A stretch of 32,000 bases of DNA from Candidatus Saccharimonadota bacterium. GTDB taxonomy: Bacteria; Patescibacteriota; Microgenomatia; UBA1406; GWC2-37-13. Under the pieces are notes generated by a model. That model had not been told where the DNA came from and ran no database searches. It worked only from the letters and a program-made list of their open reading frames with translations. This document shows positions 1 through 9,666 of the stretch, one piece after another. The position numbers and the translations under genes are program-made. The DNA lies in the NCBI GenBank assembly GCA_016699265.1, contig CP064967.1, positions 270,001-302,000 of the forward strand. The letters run 5' to 3'. The stretch's first letter is position 1; each line of letters opens with the position of its first letter.

Positions 1-1237
1 TAGTTGCAGAACCTCCGATATTTAGCATTAAGCCATTTTTTGCAGATGCGACTTGATAATTGCCAGCAGAGTTTGTGACTTGCTTGTGGAGATCTAGCGT
101 CATGCGAACTCCAGTGGCACCAACGGGATGGCCAGCGCCAATAAGCCCGCCACTTGGATTAATTGGTTTTTTGCCATTAAAATCAATCATCCCACTTTCC
201 ACCACCTCATACTCTCTTCCCGGCTTACATAGTCCGAACGCAGAAATACAAGCATACTCACTTGAGGTAAAGCAGTCGTGTGTTTCTATAACATCAATAT
301 TTTTGATAGTTAGTTTCGACATTGTGTAGGCATCATCAACGGCTTCTTTCGTCCATGGAAGTATATGCCTCATCCCCGTCGCTTGGGATATTTTTTCTGC
401 AAAGGTTATTGGAGCTACTGTAAAACCCATACCTTTGATTTTTGAGATTTTGTTAGTTTTTATGCTTCGTTTTTTCGCATACTGTTTTGCGTATTGTTTG
501 GATGATAAGACTAGCATCGCTGCGCCATCTGTAATTTGAGAGCAGTCTGATGTACACAGTCTTCCTCCAATCGAAAAGTTATAGGAATCATTTCTCAGCT
601 GCGCGTGCTTATTGCTCATAAACCAAGAACGTGTCTGTGCATTCGAATTCCTTTTTGCGTTTGAGTAATTAATGTTTGAAATTTCCGCTAGAGAATCAAG
701 AAATCGTTTTTCTGGAACTTTATACTTTTTAATTATCTGATCCGCTAGTTTCCCAAATAATTTTGGGAAAGGGAACTCTATCCCTTTTGCTTCAGTTTCA
801 TAAAACGCTGCGGTACCTAGATAGTCTCCGCCCACCTGTGGTGGTACAGATTTCATGATCTCCATACCGATGACGATGGCAACGTCAATGTCACCAGCCT
901 GAATTTTGGCACGTGCCGCATCGATTGCCACCGATCCGGAGGCACATGCCGCTTCATATCTTGCGGCTGGAATGCCATTAAAGCTACGATCTATCTCTGT
1001 GAGAAAGGCGCCAAGGTGGCCTTGTTGCACATACTGTTGAGCGTTAAAGTTGCCGATAAATATACCAATAGTTTTTGTTGATCCTAATTTTTTTATTTCA
1101 GAAAAATCCATACGGACTGCATCGAGTCCGTCATTAACTATTTCGTTAAGCATTGCTAAAAAATTCTTTCCTTCTTTAGTCCAATTTCTTTGAAAATCTG
1201 TCTGAGACCCACCGAGAATATAAACAGGGTTTTTCAT
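1..1237 (-). CDS. Thiolase-family protein (acetyl-CoA C-acetyltransferase-like); 3' end runs off the window
   Basis: Absent from the ORF track because its stop lies beyond position 1. Manual reverse translation from ATG 1235-1237 gives [26 protein letters not shown]... and stays open to position 1 (...[12 protein letters not shown]). It contains thiolase-like YEAACASGS (nucleophile Cys region) and [14 protein letters not shown] overlap with the upstream gene. Confidence 0.8.
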   Translation of the reverse strand, partial: MKNPVYILGGSQTDFQRNWTKEGKNFLAMLNEIVNDGLDAVRMDFSEIKKLGSTKTIGIFIGNFNAQQYVQQGHLGAFLTEIDRSFNGIPAARYEAACASGSVAIDAARAKIQAGDIDVAIVIGMEIMKSVPPQVGGDYLGTAAFYETEAKGIEFPFPKLFGKLADQIIKKYKVPEKRFLDSLAEISNINYSNAKRNSNAQTRSWFMSNKHAQLRNDSYNFSIGGRLCTSDCSQITDGAAMLVLSSKQYAKQYAKKRSIKTNKISKIKGMGFTVAPITFAEKISQATGMRHILPWTKEAVDDAYTMSKLTIKNIDVIETHDCFTSSEYACISAFGLCKPGREYEVVESGMIDFNGKKPINPSGGLIGAGHPVGATGVRMTLDLHKQVTNSAGNYQVASAKNGLMLNIGGSAT

Positions 1238-2151
1238 ACTTTAATTAAAGATCTGTAATCTAGTTCTGCCTGCAATTTATAAAAGTTATTGCTAGATTTT
1301 TTATGTAGTGCTAGTAATGTAGGCACCTGTAATTTATATTTTTTAATCATTGTTGACGTTTCGTCTACTCCTCCAAGTAGATCCACCATAGCGGATGGAG
1401 GTACCCAACTGAACCCAAATCCCATTGCGCGATCAATTATTTCTTTGTTATCTACAACGTCTCCTACAAGTGAAAATGAATAGCTTATGTAGCGTGCTAT
1501 AAAGTATTTGATAATATCGGCATCTGCATGACTTGATTCCTTAAGAATGTGAAATGCCCTCTTATATTCCCCTTTATGTATATATTCTCGCATCGCTTCT
1601 ACTACAGGACTATAATATTTTTGATGGGGCAAATATTTATTAGTCTTAATGTCGAAAGTAAATCTCTTTTTGTGCCCTTCAATTTCTTTTTTTGTATATA
1701 GTCCATCTCCTGATTTATTTCCGAACTTTCCCTTTCTTATCAAAGTCTGTAAAAAGGAAGGCATGCTAAATGTTGCTATTGCACTGTCCGTGTTAGAAAG
1801 ATTGTTTTTGAGATTATCGATAATCGCTTTATGCACGTCTAGGCCAACAAAGTCCAGTGTTTCAAGAGGGGCAAGAGCGCGTCCGGTGTGGCGACCCAGC
1901 AATGAATCGATATATGAAACTCCACCTCTGTCTCTATATTTATATGCATAGATGGCTGCCTCATTGATGAGTTGGAAACCGATTCTATTTGCGACAAACG
2001 CTGGACTATCTTTGGCTTGTATAACTTTTCTAAGCAAAACCTTTTCAAGAAAAGTCTCAAGTTCTTTGGTCTTGGTCAGGTCCGTGTACTTTGACGGTAT
2101 CACCTCGCAGAGCAACATTTTATAAGGTGGATTGAAAAAATGCACTCCCAT
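1234..2151 (-). CDS. 3-hydroxyacyl-CoA dehydrogenase, C-terminal part (fragment 2 of one frameshifted gene)
   Basis: MGVHFFNPP... is the classic 3HCDH segment, followed by a duplicated C-terminal domain ([20 protein letters not shown]). The same frame is open upstream to about 2250 and reads KKGRIISSLTSGLSIAKLSGVLDDDDRKNY, which continues fragment 1. Confidence 0.8.
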   Translation of the reverse strand: MGVHFFNPPYKMLLCEVIPSKYTDLTKTKELETFLEKVLLRKVIQAKDSPAFVANRIGFQLINEAAIYAYKYRDRGGVSYIDSLLGRHTGRALAPLETLDFVGLDVHKAIIDNLKNNLSNTDSAIATFSMPSFLQTLIRKGKFGNKSGDGLYTKKEIEGHKKRFTFDIKTNKYLPHQKYYSPVVEAMREYIHKGEYKRAFHILKESSHADADIIKYFIARYISYSFSLVGDVVDNKEIIDRAMGFGFSWVPPSAMVDLLGGVDETSTMIKKYKLQVPTLLALHKKSSNNFYKLQAELDYRSLIKV

Positions 2152-2174
2152 GTAATTTTTACGATCATCGTCAT

Positions 2175-2543
2175 CTAAGACTCCCGAAAGTTTTGCAATT
2201 GAGAGGCCAGATGTAAGAGAAGAAATGATGCGCCCTTTCTTCTTTGTCTTTTAATCAGAAGGTTTACAGAAGTTTTTATCTCGTAGTTTTCGGCTACCGC
2301 CTCAACTATCCAGTCGCATTGCTTTAGGATTCGTGGAAGATCGCTATAAGTGGAGGGAATAAGATTGCTTCTAATGCTATTGCTTCTCACAGATCTTACG
2401 GCGATCTCTATACCATCTTTTGCTTTTTTAATATCGCGCGCAATCATGAAAACGGGTAGATCTCCAAAGGCGGCAATAATAGCTGCCGTTTTTGCGCCCA
2501 TTGCGCTATTTGCTCCGATGAAGGCTACTTTTTTTATATTCAT
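2175..2543 (-). CDS. 3-hydroxyacyl-CoA dehydrogenase, N-terminal NAD-binding part (fragment 1 of one frameshifted gene)
   Basis: Trimmed to MNIKKVAFIGANSAMGAKTA (Rossmann GxxxxG-type start, ATG 2541-2543). Homology is lost after ...NLLIKRQRRKG. A 1-nt frame change lies within 2229-2250, which holds T3/T4 runs on the + strand. Confidence 0.75.
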   Translation of the reverse strand: MNIKKVAFIGANSAMGAKTAAIIAAFGDLPVFMIARDIKKAKDGIEIAVRSVRSNSIRSNLIPSTYSDLPRILKQCDWIVEAVAENYEIKTSVNLLIKRQRRKGASFLLLHLASQLQNFRES

Positions 2544-2547
2544 AACT

Positions 2548-2958
2548 TTAAGCCAGTTTGTAGTAATGCGTATCGTCTGTTGTCCACTCAGTGTCGGCAT
2601 AACTGAGTAGCGAAGCTCTTTTGGTAAGGCTCACTATTGCGTGTGCGATATATGGACCAGTCTCAATTCGTATATATTTATCTTTTTCAGCACTCAGCGT
2701 GATTTGCTTTCTTTTTTTGGTTCTAACATCCTCGATGATTACCTTTACCTTTCCCTCAACTATCCCAAACCACTCGTACCATTTTTTATGGTAGTGGTTT
2801 CCACGTACAGCCCCTCTTTTATTGAAGGTAACAAAGTATATTTGTCCGAATTTTTTCTTTGCGCTATGCAGCTCAGATTCCTTTAAAAAAACAATTGGCT
2901 TTCCTCTTTTATCGGAAAAAGACTTAAATTTTGTTAGCTTAAAATTGAGTTTTTTCAT
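2548..2958 (-). CDS. Cupin-fold NDP-sugar 3,4-ketoisomerase/epimerase-like protein (FdtA/WxcM C-terminal domain-like)
   Basis: 136 aa. FSDKRGKPIVF and RGNHYHKKWYEWFGIVEGKVKV resemble the F.D.RG / RG.H.HKK core of FdtA/QdtA-type isomerases. ATGA overlap with the GT2 gene upstream. Confidence 0.6.
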   Translation of the reverse strand: MKKLNFKLTKFKSFSDKRGKPIVFLKESELHSAKKKFGQIYFVTFNKRGAVRGNHYHKKWYEWFGIVEGKVKVIIEDVRTKKRKQITLSAEKDKYIRIETGPYIAHAIVSLTKRASLLSYADTEWTTDDTHYYKLA

Positions 2959-3920
2959 TTTAGAAACCCCACTATTGTACCTGGAATGGCTCCAAGTTGC
3001 TTAAGTTGTTTTGTTTTAACGGCGGTGTATATATAGTAAGCATCTAGAAATATAAGGTAAGGTATGAAGTGAAAAAATTTTCTTAGCGAGTCAAGTTTAA
3101 TATGACGACGATAAAATACAATGAAGTTAATCATCCTACTATAGCTTTCTGGTCTGTCATTAAAGAAGCCCTGCTTGGATGGACAGTGATTTAGTGAAGC
3201 CTTAGGGTTAAAGATCAACTTGTAACCAAGCCCCTTAATCTTAAAGGCAGCGTCAGGCTCATGATACTCTCCTACTCCTGAATAAAACGTGTCAAAGCCG
3301 CCAATTTTTTTGAGCAGATTCTTGCGTACTGAGAAGTTACAAGCCTCCAGATTTGAAACCTCATGTTGTTTCTCGTTTTTTGCCTCTGGAAAATTGGATC
3401 CCAATCCGAAGGCGCCCGAATCAAACCAGTGACCTACTCGTCGAGGTTGTCCGTCCATGAAGTAGCCAAAGTATAGTGACCCAATAAGTTTCCAAAGTAT
3501 GTTTCCCTTTTTGAAACGTTCTTCGATTATGAATAGATCCCTATTTTTTCTAAATGCTACAGGTATCACCGTAGGCCCTGTTACCCCTCCGACATCTTTG
3601 TATTTTGAAAAGGTGTCAAAGATTGCCAGTAGCCAGTCCTTACTCATTATGACGTCGTCATCCGTTCTGATAAATATTTTTCCTCGAGCTTGCTTTAATG
3701 CCTGATTTGCGGCTTTTGCTAGACCTTTTGTTTTTTGTCGAAGAACTTTAATGCGTAGTTTCTTAGAATATTTTTTTATAACAGCCTCCGTATTATCTGA
3801 CGATTTATAGTCTACAACGATGACTTCAAAGTTTTTGTAAGCCTGCTTTGTGAGAGACTGTAGTGTTTTATCAAGCGATAGGGCTCGATTTCCTGTTGGG
3901 ATAAATATAGATACGTTCAT
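2955..3920 (-). CDS. Family 2 glycosyltransferase
   Basis: N-terminal VSIFIPTGNRALSLDKTLQSL..FEVIVVDYKSSDNT and the downstream RTDDDV acidic motif are typical GT-A/GT2. Confidence 0.8.
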   Translation of the reverse strand: MNVSIFIPTGNRALSLDKTLQSLTKQAYKNFEVIVVDYKSSDNTEAVIKKYSKKLRIKVLRQKTKGLAKAANQALKQARGKIFIRTDDDVIMSKDWLLAIFDTFSKYKDVGGVTGPTVIPVAFRKNRDLFIIEERFKKGNILWKLIGSLYFGYFMDGQPRRVGHWFDSGAFGLGSNFPEAKNEKQHEVSNLEACNFSVRKNLLKKIGGFDTFYSGVGEYHEPDAAFKIKGLGYKLIFNPKASLNHCPSKQGFFNDRPESYSRMINFIVFYRRHIKLDSLRKFFHFIPYLIFLDAYYIYTAVKTKQLKQLGAIPGTIVGFLK

Positions 3921-3938
3921 ATAAAATATGCCAATGCC

Positions 3939-5051
3939 TTAGTTATAAAAGAAATTCAGTATCGAAATGCACACATACCTGACTTGTCTTTCTGTAAGCT
4001 CTGGATACATTGGCAGTGAAAGTATTTCATCGGATAATTTTTCTGCGACTGGAAAGTCTCCCTGTTTGTACTTTAGAAATTTCCACGCATTTTGCATATG
4101 AATTGGATAAGGATAATGAATCTGCGTTGCGACACCCTTTTCCTGTAGGTATTTTTGAAGTGCGTCCCTTTGTTTAGTTCTAATGACAAACAGATGGTAT
4201 ACGCTTTTCCGATCTTTGTAGACGTTTGGTAATGTGATATCTGGAATGATGCCTAGCATTGTGTGGTAGATCTTTGACAGATCCTGTCTTTTTTTGTTCC
4301 ATCCGTCAAGCTGTTCTAGTTTGTAACTAAGAACTGCCGCCTGAAGAGTGTCGAGTCTCGAGTTGAAGCCTACGGACTCATGGCGATACTTACTTGACTG
4401 ACCGTACTCCTTCAACCGTCTTATCTTTGATGCAAGCTGCTGATCGTTTGTTGTGATTGCTCCCCCATCTCCATAGGCGCCCAAGTTTTTACTGGGATAA
4501 AATGAAAACGCAGAGAAGGTGCCAAATCCACCAACGCGTTTTGTGCCGAATTTTGCTCCATGTGCCTGACAAGCATCCTCGATAATGTGAATTTTTCTTC
4601 CGGTTTTTTTGATCAGCGACTGAATTTCACCAATTTTGTCAGACTGACCGTAAAGATGGACAACCATAATTGCCTTTGTTCTGGTATTAATCTTTTTTTT
4701 AAGTGTTGATAGATCATATCCAAAGTCATCTGCATCTACCTCTGACAACACCGGCTTAACTCCGTTCGCGACGGCCGCCAAGATCGTGGCGTAGTAAGTA
4801 TTGGATGGAAAAATAATCTCATCCGGTGCGGAGAAGCCAAGCGCGCGCGTTCCTAGTATGAGAGCATCCGTTCCGGAGTTGAGCGAGACGCAGTGCTTGG
4901 TACCAATATATCTCGCAAAACTATGTTCAAACGAGATAACCTCTTCGCCCCCAATAAATAACCCTTTATCCAAGACATTCTTAATGATTGAGTAGATGTT
5001 CGTTTCATGCTCCTTAAACTGAGTGCTAAGATTTACAAAGGGCACATGCAT
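3939..5051 (-). CDS. DegT/DnrJ/EryC1/StrS-family PLP-dependent NDP-sugar aminotransferase
   Basis: 370 aa with FSFYPSKNLGAYGDGGAITT (canonical Schiff-base Lys context) and SLNSGTDAL. Confidence 0.85.
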   Translation of the reverse strand: MHVPFVNLSTQFKEHETNIYSIIKNVLDKGLFIGGEEVISFEHSFARYIGTKHCVSLNSGTDALILGTRALGFSAPDEIIFPSNTYYATILAAVANGVKPVLSEVDADDFGYDLSTLKKKINTRTKAIMVVHLYGQSDKIGEIQSLIKKTGRKIHIIEDACQAHGAKFGTKRVGGFGTFSAFSFYPSKNLGAYGDGGAITTNDQQLASKIRRLKEYGQSSKYRHESVGFNSRLDTLQAAVLSYKLEQLDGWNKKRQDLSKIYHTMLGIIPDITLPNVYKDRKSVYHLFVIRTKQRDALQKYLQEKGVATQIHYPYPIHMQNAWKFLKYKQGDFPVAEKLSDEILSLPMYPELTERQVRYVCISILNFFYN

Positions 5052-5059
5052 AATAATGC

Positions 5060-6238
5060 TTAGGCAAATATTTTTATCAGAGTATTAACTTCATCATCTG
5101 TCAGATCTGGATTATTGCCGAAGTAGAGGCCTTGATCGTGAATCAATTTTGCATTGGAATTACCAAGAATATGCTTGAATATGCTCATATGTTTTGAGAA
5201 GAAAGGTTGCTGAGTGATGTCTCCAGCCACAACCGGTCGTATCTCAACAATGTCTTTACATTTGGTGACCAGTTGATCTCTAATTGCCTTTGATCTGCAG
5301 ATTATGGGTACTGCGAAGTTAGACAAAAGTTGAATATGCGAGTATCTAATTGGATAATATTTCTTCTTATTCTTGTAAATTACTGGTGCAATTTTCATGA
5401 AGATCTCATTTCTTCGTTTTACTATCTTGTCAATATATTTGAGCTGCTGATTGCCTAGGAAGCCATTTATTTCAGTAGGTCTCAGATTGTATCCTAGGTC
5501 GTAGAATGTGTAGCGAGAATAAAATGAAGAATTAATGTTGTGCTTAGATCTTATCTTGTTTTGTGATTTTTCATTTAGATTACGATCCCAGCCGTGTGCT
5601 CGTACCATTCTGAGCATCGATGCTAGTTCTTCATTATCTGTGCATACGGCGCCTCCTTCGATTGTGGACATATGGTGGCCTACGTAAAACGAGAATGTGC
5701 TCGCTAAACCAAAGTTGCCCAATTTTTTACCTTTATAAACCGTTCCCAAAGATTCGCAATTATCTTCTATGAGAATAATGTTATTTTTTTCACAAAGATT
5801 TTTAATCTTATCAATGTCATCACAAAAGCCAAGCAAGTTTGTGAGAAATAGTAATTTGATCGGAAACTTGGAAATCGTTTCTTCAAACTTTTTTGAGGAC
5901 ACATTTAAAGTATCTAGCTCGACATCTATAGGAACTGCCTGAAGACCAAGTTGAAGAAGTGGCATTACGTTTGTGGACCATGTGAGTGCGGAAAACCCAA
6001 CAAGGTCCCCCTGTTTAATTTTTCCAAGATTCAGTAATGCTTGAATTATTGCTAAGTTTGCAGAGCTTCCGCTGTTTAGAAAAATAGCGTGCTTACGGTT
6101 TTGGTAGTGAGAAAAATTTCGTTCAAACAATTCGCATTGTTTACCGAAGCTCAGATAAGAAGTTTGTGCAATAAAAAATGCTAGTTCAAGTTTTGATTTT
6201 TCTTCTTCATAAAATGTTGACTTGATTAGCTTGATCAT
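5060..6238 (-). CDS. ColD/E1-like NDP-4-keto-6-deoxyhexose 3-dehydratase (DegT-fold, His replaces the PLP lysine)
   Basis: 392 aa. LIEDNCESLG...FGLASTFSFYVGHHMSTIEGGAVCTDNEELASMLRMVRAHGWDRNL closely parallels the ColD signature as I recall it (EDNCES...FSSFYSHHIATMEGG...IRAHGW.RNL). No C-terminal Cys cluster of the E1 type. Confidence 0.7.
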   Translation of the reverse strand: MIKLIKSTFYEEEKSKLELAFFIAQTSYLSFGKQCELFERNFSHYQNRKHAIFLNSGSSANLAIIQALLNLGKIKQGDLVGFSALTWSTNVMPLLQLGLQAVPIDVELDTLNVSSKKFEETISKFPIKLLFLTNLLGFCDDIDKIKNLCEKNNIILIEDNCESLGTVYKGKKLGNFGLASTFSFYVGHHMSTIEGGAVCTDNEELASMLRMVRAHGWDRNLNEKSQNKIRSKHNINSSFYSRYTFYDLGYNLRPTEINGFLGNQQLKYIDKIVKRRNEIFMKIAPVIYKNKKKYYPIRYSHIQLLSNFAVPIICRSKAIRDQLVTKCKDIVEIRPVVAGDITQQPFFSKHMSIFKHILGNSNAKLIHDQGLYFGNNPDLTDDEVNTLIKIFA

Positions 6239-6252
6239 AGAAAAGTAAGAGG

Positions 6253-6266
6253 ATTATAGCACAAAA
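6253..6266 (-). promoter_or_regulatory. Extended -10 promoter candidate (sense TTTTGTGCTATAAT) upstream of the 3-dehydratase gene
   Basis: The reverse strand reads TTTTTGTGCTATAAT, a TGnTATAAT element 14 nt before ATG 6238. The identical 14-mer recurs upstream of rpmE (26712-26725). Confidence 0.45.
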
Positions 6267-6267
6267 A

Positions 6268-7278
6268 CTATTTCGTTCCTGTAAATGAGAGGAAACGGAA
6301 TTTCATATATATGTATATATAATTCCATGTAGTAAAAAAGCAGATAAGCGGATGTAAAAACCATGCTTTATCCCGCACCTTTAGGTAACCACGTACTGCT
6401 TGGTATGTTGGCTCGATTAAAGTTAACGAGAGAACAATATATATTGCCAGTTTGACCCTGTCAGTATCTGGATTGTATAGATGGTATCGCCGCGATTTTT
6501 GTTTCTTAAAATAGAGTTCAAGTGCATATCTTCTCCTTTTATAAAAATATGTAGAAAGGCTTTCCCCTGTTTTGTGCCAAAGAGTTGTCTTCACAAATGC
6601 AAATGTGTCATGTCCCAATCTTAGTAGATCGACGCAAGAGTCAATATGAGAGAATTTTTTGGGGTCTTTGGTGACCTTCTTTATCGTTCTTGTTCTAATC
6701 ACAAAGCCATTTGCGCCCATAGTTGGCATGTTCTCTTCGGTAAACGACGCTTCATAATAGCTGCCCCTATCTATTGCAGCTGTTTTAAGATGCCAGTTGT
6801 TTTCAAAGTACGCTCTTCTGTCTCGTTTGCCTAGATAAAATGCGATAGGGTCGTTCATTCCAAAAAGAGCAAAATATCTATTTAATAGCTTATCTGACCG
6901 AACGTACCGGTAGTTTATTGACTCGCTCGCAATCAACTTCTTGTTCGTCTCAAGCGGGCTGAGCATCCTCTGAAGCCATTTTTTGTCTGGAAGCACGTTG
7001 TCCGACGAAAAATTTACGACATAGTCTGAGGTAGCGTGGTTAAAGCCAATTGCGGTTGCTTCTTCAGGTCCGCTTGTTTTAACATTAAATACCTTACAGA
7101 AACTGAACTGTTTGGCTATCTTGAGAGTATTGTCAGTAGAGCCGTCATCCATGACGAACATATTGATTTGTTTTTTGGGATAATCAAGTTTATCAACACT
7201 TGCGATGCACTCATATAGAGTGGCTTCGCTGTTAAGTGTCGGTGTGACAAAGGTGACTGAAGGTTGTGGCCGTGTCAT
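6268..7278 (-). CDS. Family 2 glycosyltransferase with C-terminal membrane segments
   Basis: VTFVTPTLNSEATLYECIASV...FVMDDGSTDNT GT2 N-terminus, with a hydrophobic C-terminal third. Confidence 0.8.
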   Translation of the reverse strand: MTRPQPSVTFVTPTLNSEATLYECIASVDKLDYPKKQINMFVMDDGSTDNTLKIAKQFSFCKVFNVKTSGPEEATAIGFNHATSDYVVNFSSDNVLPDKKWLQRMLSPLETNKKLIASESINYRYVRSDKLLNRYFALFGMNDPIAFYLGKRDRRAYFENNWHLKTAAIDRGSYYEASFTEENMPTMGANGFVIRTRTIKKVTKDPKKFSHIDSCVDLLRLGHDTFAFVKTTLWHKTGESLSTYFYKRRRYALELYFKKQKSRRYHLYNPDTDRVKLAIYIVLSLTLIEPTYQAVRGYLKVRDKAWFLHPLICFFTTWNYIYIYMKFRFLSFTGTK

Positions 7279-7323
7279 AGAATAGTAATCGATATTATAG
7301 TCGATATAATTAATTCTAGTTAT

Positions 7324-8864
7324 ATGGAAAAAATAACATCATTCCTCAAGAAAAACACCGTCTGGCCTTACGTTATTTTTGCAGTACTAATTCTTATTTC
7401 TTACGCGAACGCATTTAATGCCCCGTTCCTTATAGACGACAAAGCTGGGATCAAAGATAATCCAGCCGTAGGACAGTTTAGCTCAATCTATAAATATCCC
7501 GTGAGTGCCTTCAGGTATTTAATCTTGAATATATCTTATTCACTCGGTCAGTACGAGCCTTTCGCATACCGCATTTTCAATATCTTGTTCCATTTTGGGA
7601 CGGTAGCTTCTCTCTATCTTGTTGCAAAGCGACTGATAAATAAAAATGTCGCCTTCTTAGCTGGTGTCATCTTTGCCGTACATCCTCTTCTCACAGAATC
7701 GGTAACGTGGATCTCGGCGGTAACCTATCCCCAGTATGCTTTCTTTTTCATGGCATCGCTCTACTTCTACATAAGAGCCTCAGAAGATAGAAAATGGACA
7801 GTTGCTTCTTACGTCTTTTTTTTACTTGCGATGCTATCCTCGGAGAAGGCAGTCTCGCTTCCGCCAGTGCTAGTCTTTCTTGAACTGTCCCAAGGCACCT
7901 TCAAAAAGAACTGGAAGAGAATAATACCATACGCAGTTATAACGGCCGCTATTGGAGGATTTCTACTAACGACTGTTGGATCAAGAATCCAGTCTTTTCA
8001 AAAAGATTATTACATAAGCCCCCAATTTTACAATCCTATTGAGCACATTCCGTACGCGACGACATTCTATGCTCAGCTTTTTGCTTTTCCTAAGAGCCTT
8101 ACGGTCTATCATTCCGAACTTTCGATATCGATTCAAGAATTTCTATTGAGGTGGTTAGCCTTCATCGTAGCCGTTGTAACAATGGTGATGTCGTACTCAA
8201 AAAATAGGCAGATATTTTTTTGGATCTCGTTCTATTTCATCGCACTCGTTCCATCACTAATACCACTTAACATTGTCTGGGTAGTTGCCGAGAGATATGC
8301 ATATCTGAGTATTGTTGGCTTGGCAGTCATTACAGGAATGCTATTGAATAAAGCGCTCCAGTACAAGCAAGTACAAACAGCGTCCTACGCGGTTGTGACT
8401 CTTATCGTTTTGGTCTTGATGGGGTTGACGATCTTAAGAAACGTTGACTGGCTGAGTGCAGAGAATCTTTGGACATCAACGATCGCAGCTTCTCCACATA
8501 GTTCAAACGCTCATAACAATATGGGCGATGTGTATGCCCAACGACAAGACTATGTAAATGCTGCAAGAGAGTTCCAGCGAGCTATTGAGCTACAACCTGG
8601 AGATGCCGATCCTCGTCATAACTTAGGAATAGCTCTGACGATTCTTCGCAAGTATCCAGAGGCAGCAGACGCCTATCTTGGAGCACTCCAGATTGCACCG
8701 ACTCTGTATAAGACTAAATCAAAATCTTGGAGTAGTTTGTCTACTACACTCTTAAGAAGTACCCAGAGGCGGAAGAATATCTGTCAAGAGCATTAAAATA
8801 CGGTCCTCCAAATCCCGCCATTTCTAAACTACTGAAGGACGTTAGGAATTTGAAAGGTAAGTAA
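7324..8864 (+). CDS. TPR-fused GT-C-type membrane glycosyltransferase (PMT/TMTC-like), copy 1; two frameshifts in the last TPR
   Basis: Track ORF 7264..8796 (TTG start) trimmed to ATG 7324 (MEKITSFLKK). It has many hydrophobic helices and an AERYAYLS segment, then TPRs (NAHNNMGDVYAQRQDYVNAAREFQRAIELQP...). After about 8714 the sensible reading moves to the next frame (NQNLGVV). After about 8742 it moves again (YYTLKKYPEAEEYLSRALKYGPPNPAISKLLKDVRNLKGK, TAA 8862-8864). Confidence 0.7.
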
Positions 8865-8873
8865 CTTTAACAG

Positions 8874-9666
8874 GTGAAAATCTTAAGTCCTAAATTTTTG
8901 GATTCATTTCAATTTTATTCGTTGCTTTTTTAGCGGTTCTATACCTTGCCAACTCTGCATCACGGTTTTATTCTTGATGACCATATTGGCATAGAGCAAA
9001 ATCAAAATATAAAAAGCATCGATGGAGTATTTGAAATCCGATTTCCATTTTAGAACCTTACTACTTCATACGTCGTATAGTTTGGAGGCTGGATCCGGCG
9101 TATTATCGAGTAATGAATATTGCTTTTCATTTTGGAACGGTATTTGGAATTTATTTATTGGTAACTAATATTAGTAGAGTGCTGTGCCATCGCTTTATTC
9201 TCGGCTCTAATTTTGCGGCCCATCCTATGTTGGTTGAGTCTGTTGTCTGGATCTCTTCCCTCACCTATCCACAGTACAGCTTTTTTGTAATTTTCTCCAT
9301 TATTTTTACATCCTAGGCGCAGAAAGAAAAATCGTATCCCTTACTCCATTCTTTTTTGCTTTCTTTATATTGTCGCTGCTTTCTTCTGAGAAGGCGCTTG
9401 TGCTTCCTATAATTATCCTGTTATACGAATGGCTGTTCGGTTCGCTCAAGAAGAACTGGAAACCGATTTCTATCGGCTTTTGTTAATATCGATCTTTGGT
9501 GGAATTATGTACCCATTCATTCAGGAAAGAATAGCAACATTTAGTGCAAGTGCGACAATCGGGAACCACCGAGCTTCTGAGCCCTTTATTCAAATTCCTG
9601 TAGTGATCGGAACGTACCTAAATAATATTTTGGCCGCAAAGACTTACGATTTATCATTTAGATGAG
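8874..9666 (+). pseudogene. TPR-fused GT-C paralog, copy 2, N-terminal two-thirds broken by at least 6 frameshifts
   Basis: Paralog-matching peptides lie in alternating frames. Examples are FILDDHIGIEQNQNI, LEPYYFIRRIVWRLDPAYYRVMNIAFHFGTVFGIYLL..HPMLVESVVWISSLTYPQY, YILGAERKIVSLTPFFFAFFILSLLSSEKALVLPIIILLYEWLFGSLKKNWKP and IFWPQRLTIYHLDELG. The switches sit at T4-T6 runs. The GTG 8874 start is a guess. Confidence 0.6.

Noticed and set aside
60-329. 89-aa + strand ORF at the window start, plus similar short + ORFs at 1289..1483, 1649..1951 and 2350..2610
   Set aside because: They are antisense to the thiolase and 3-hydroxyacyl-CoA dehydrogenase genes, whose translations carry clear family motifs.
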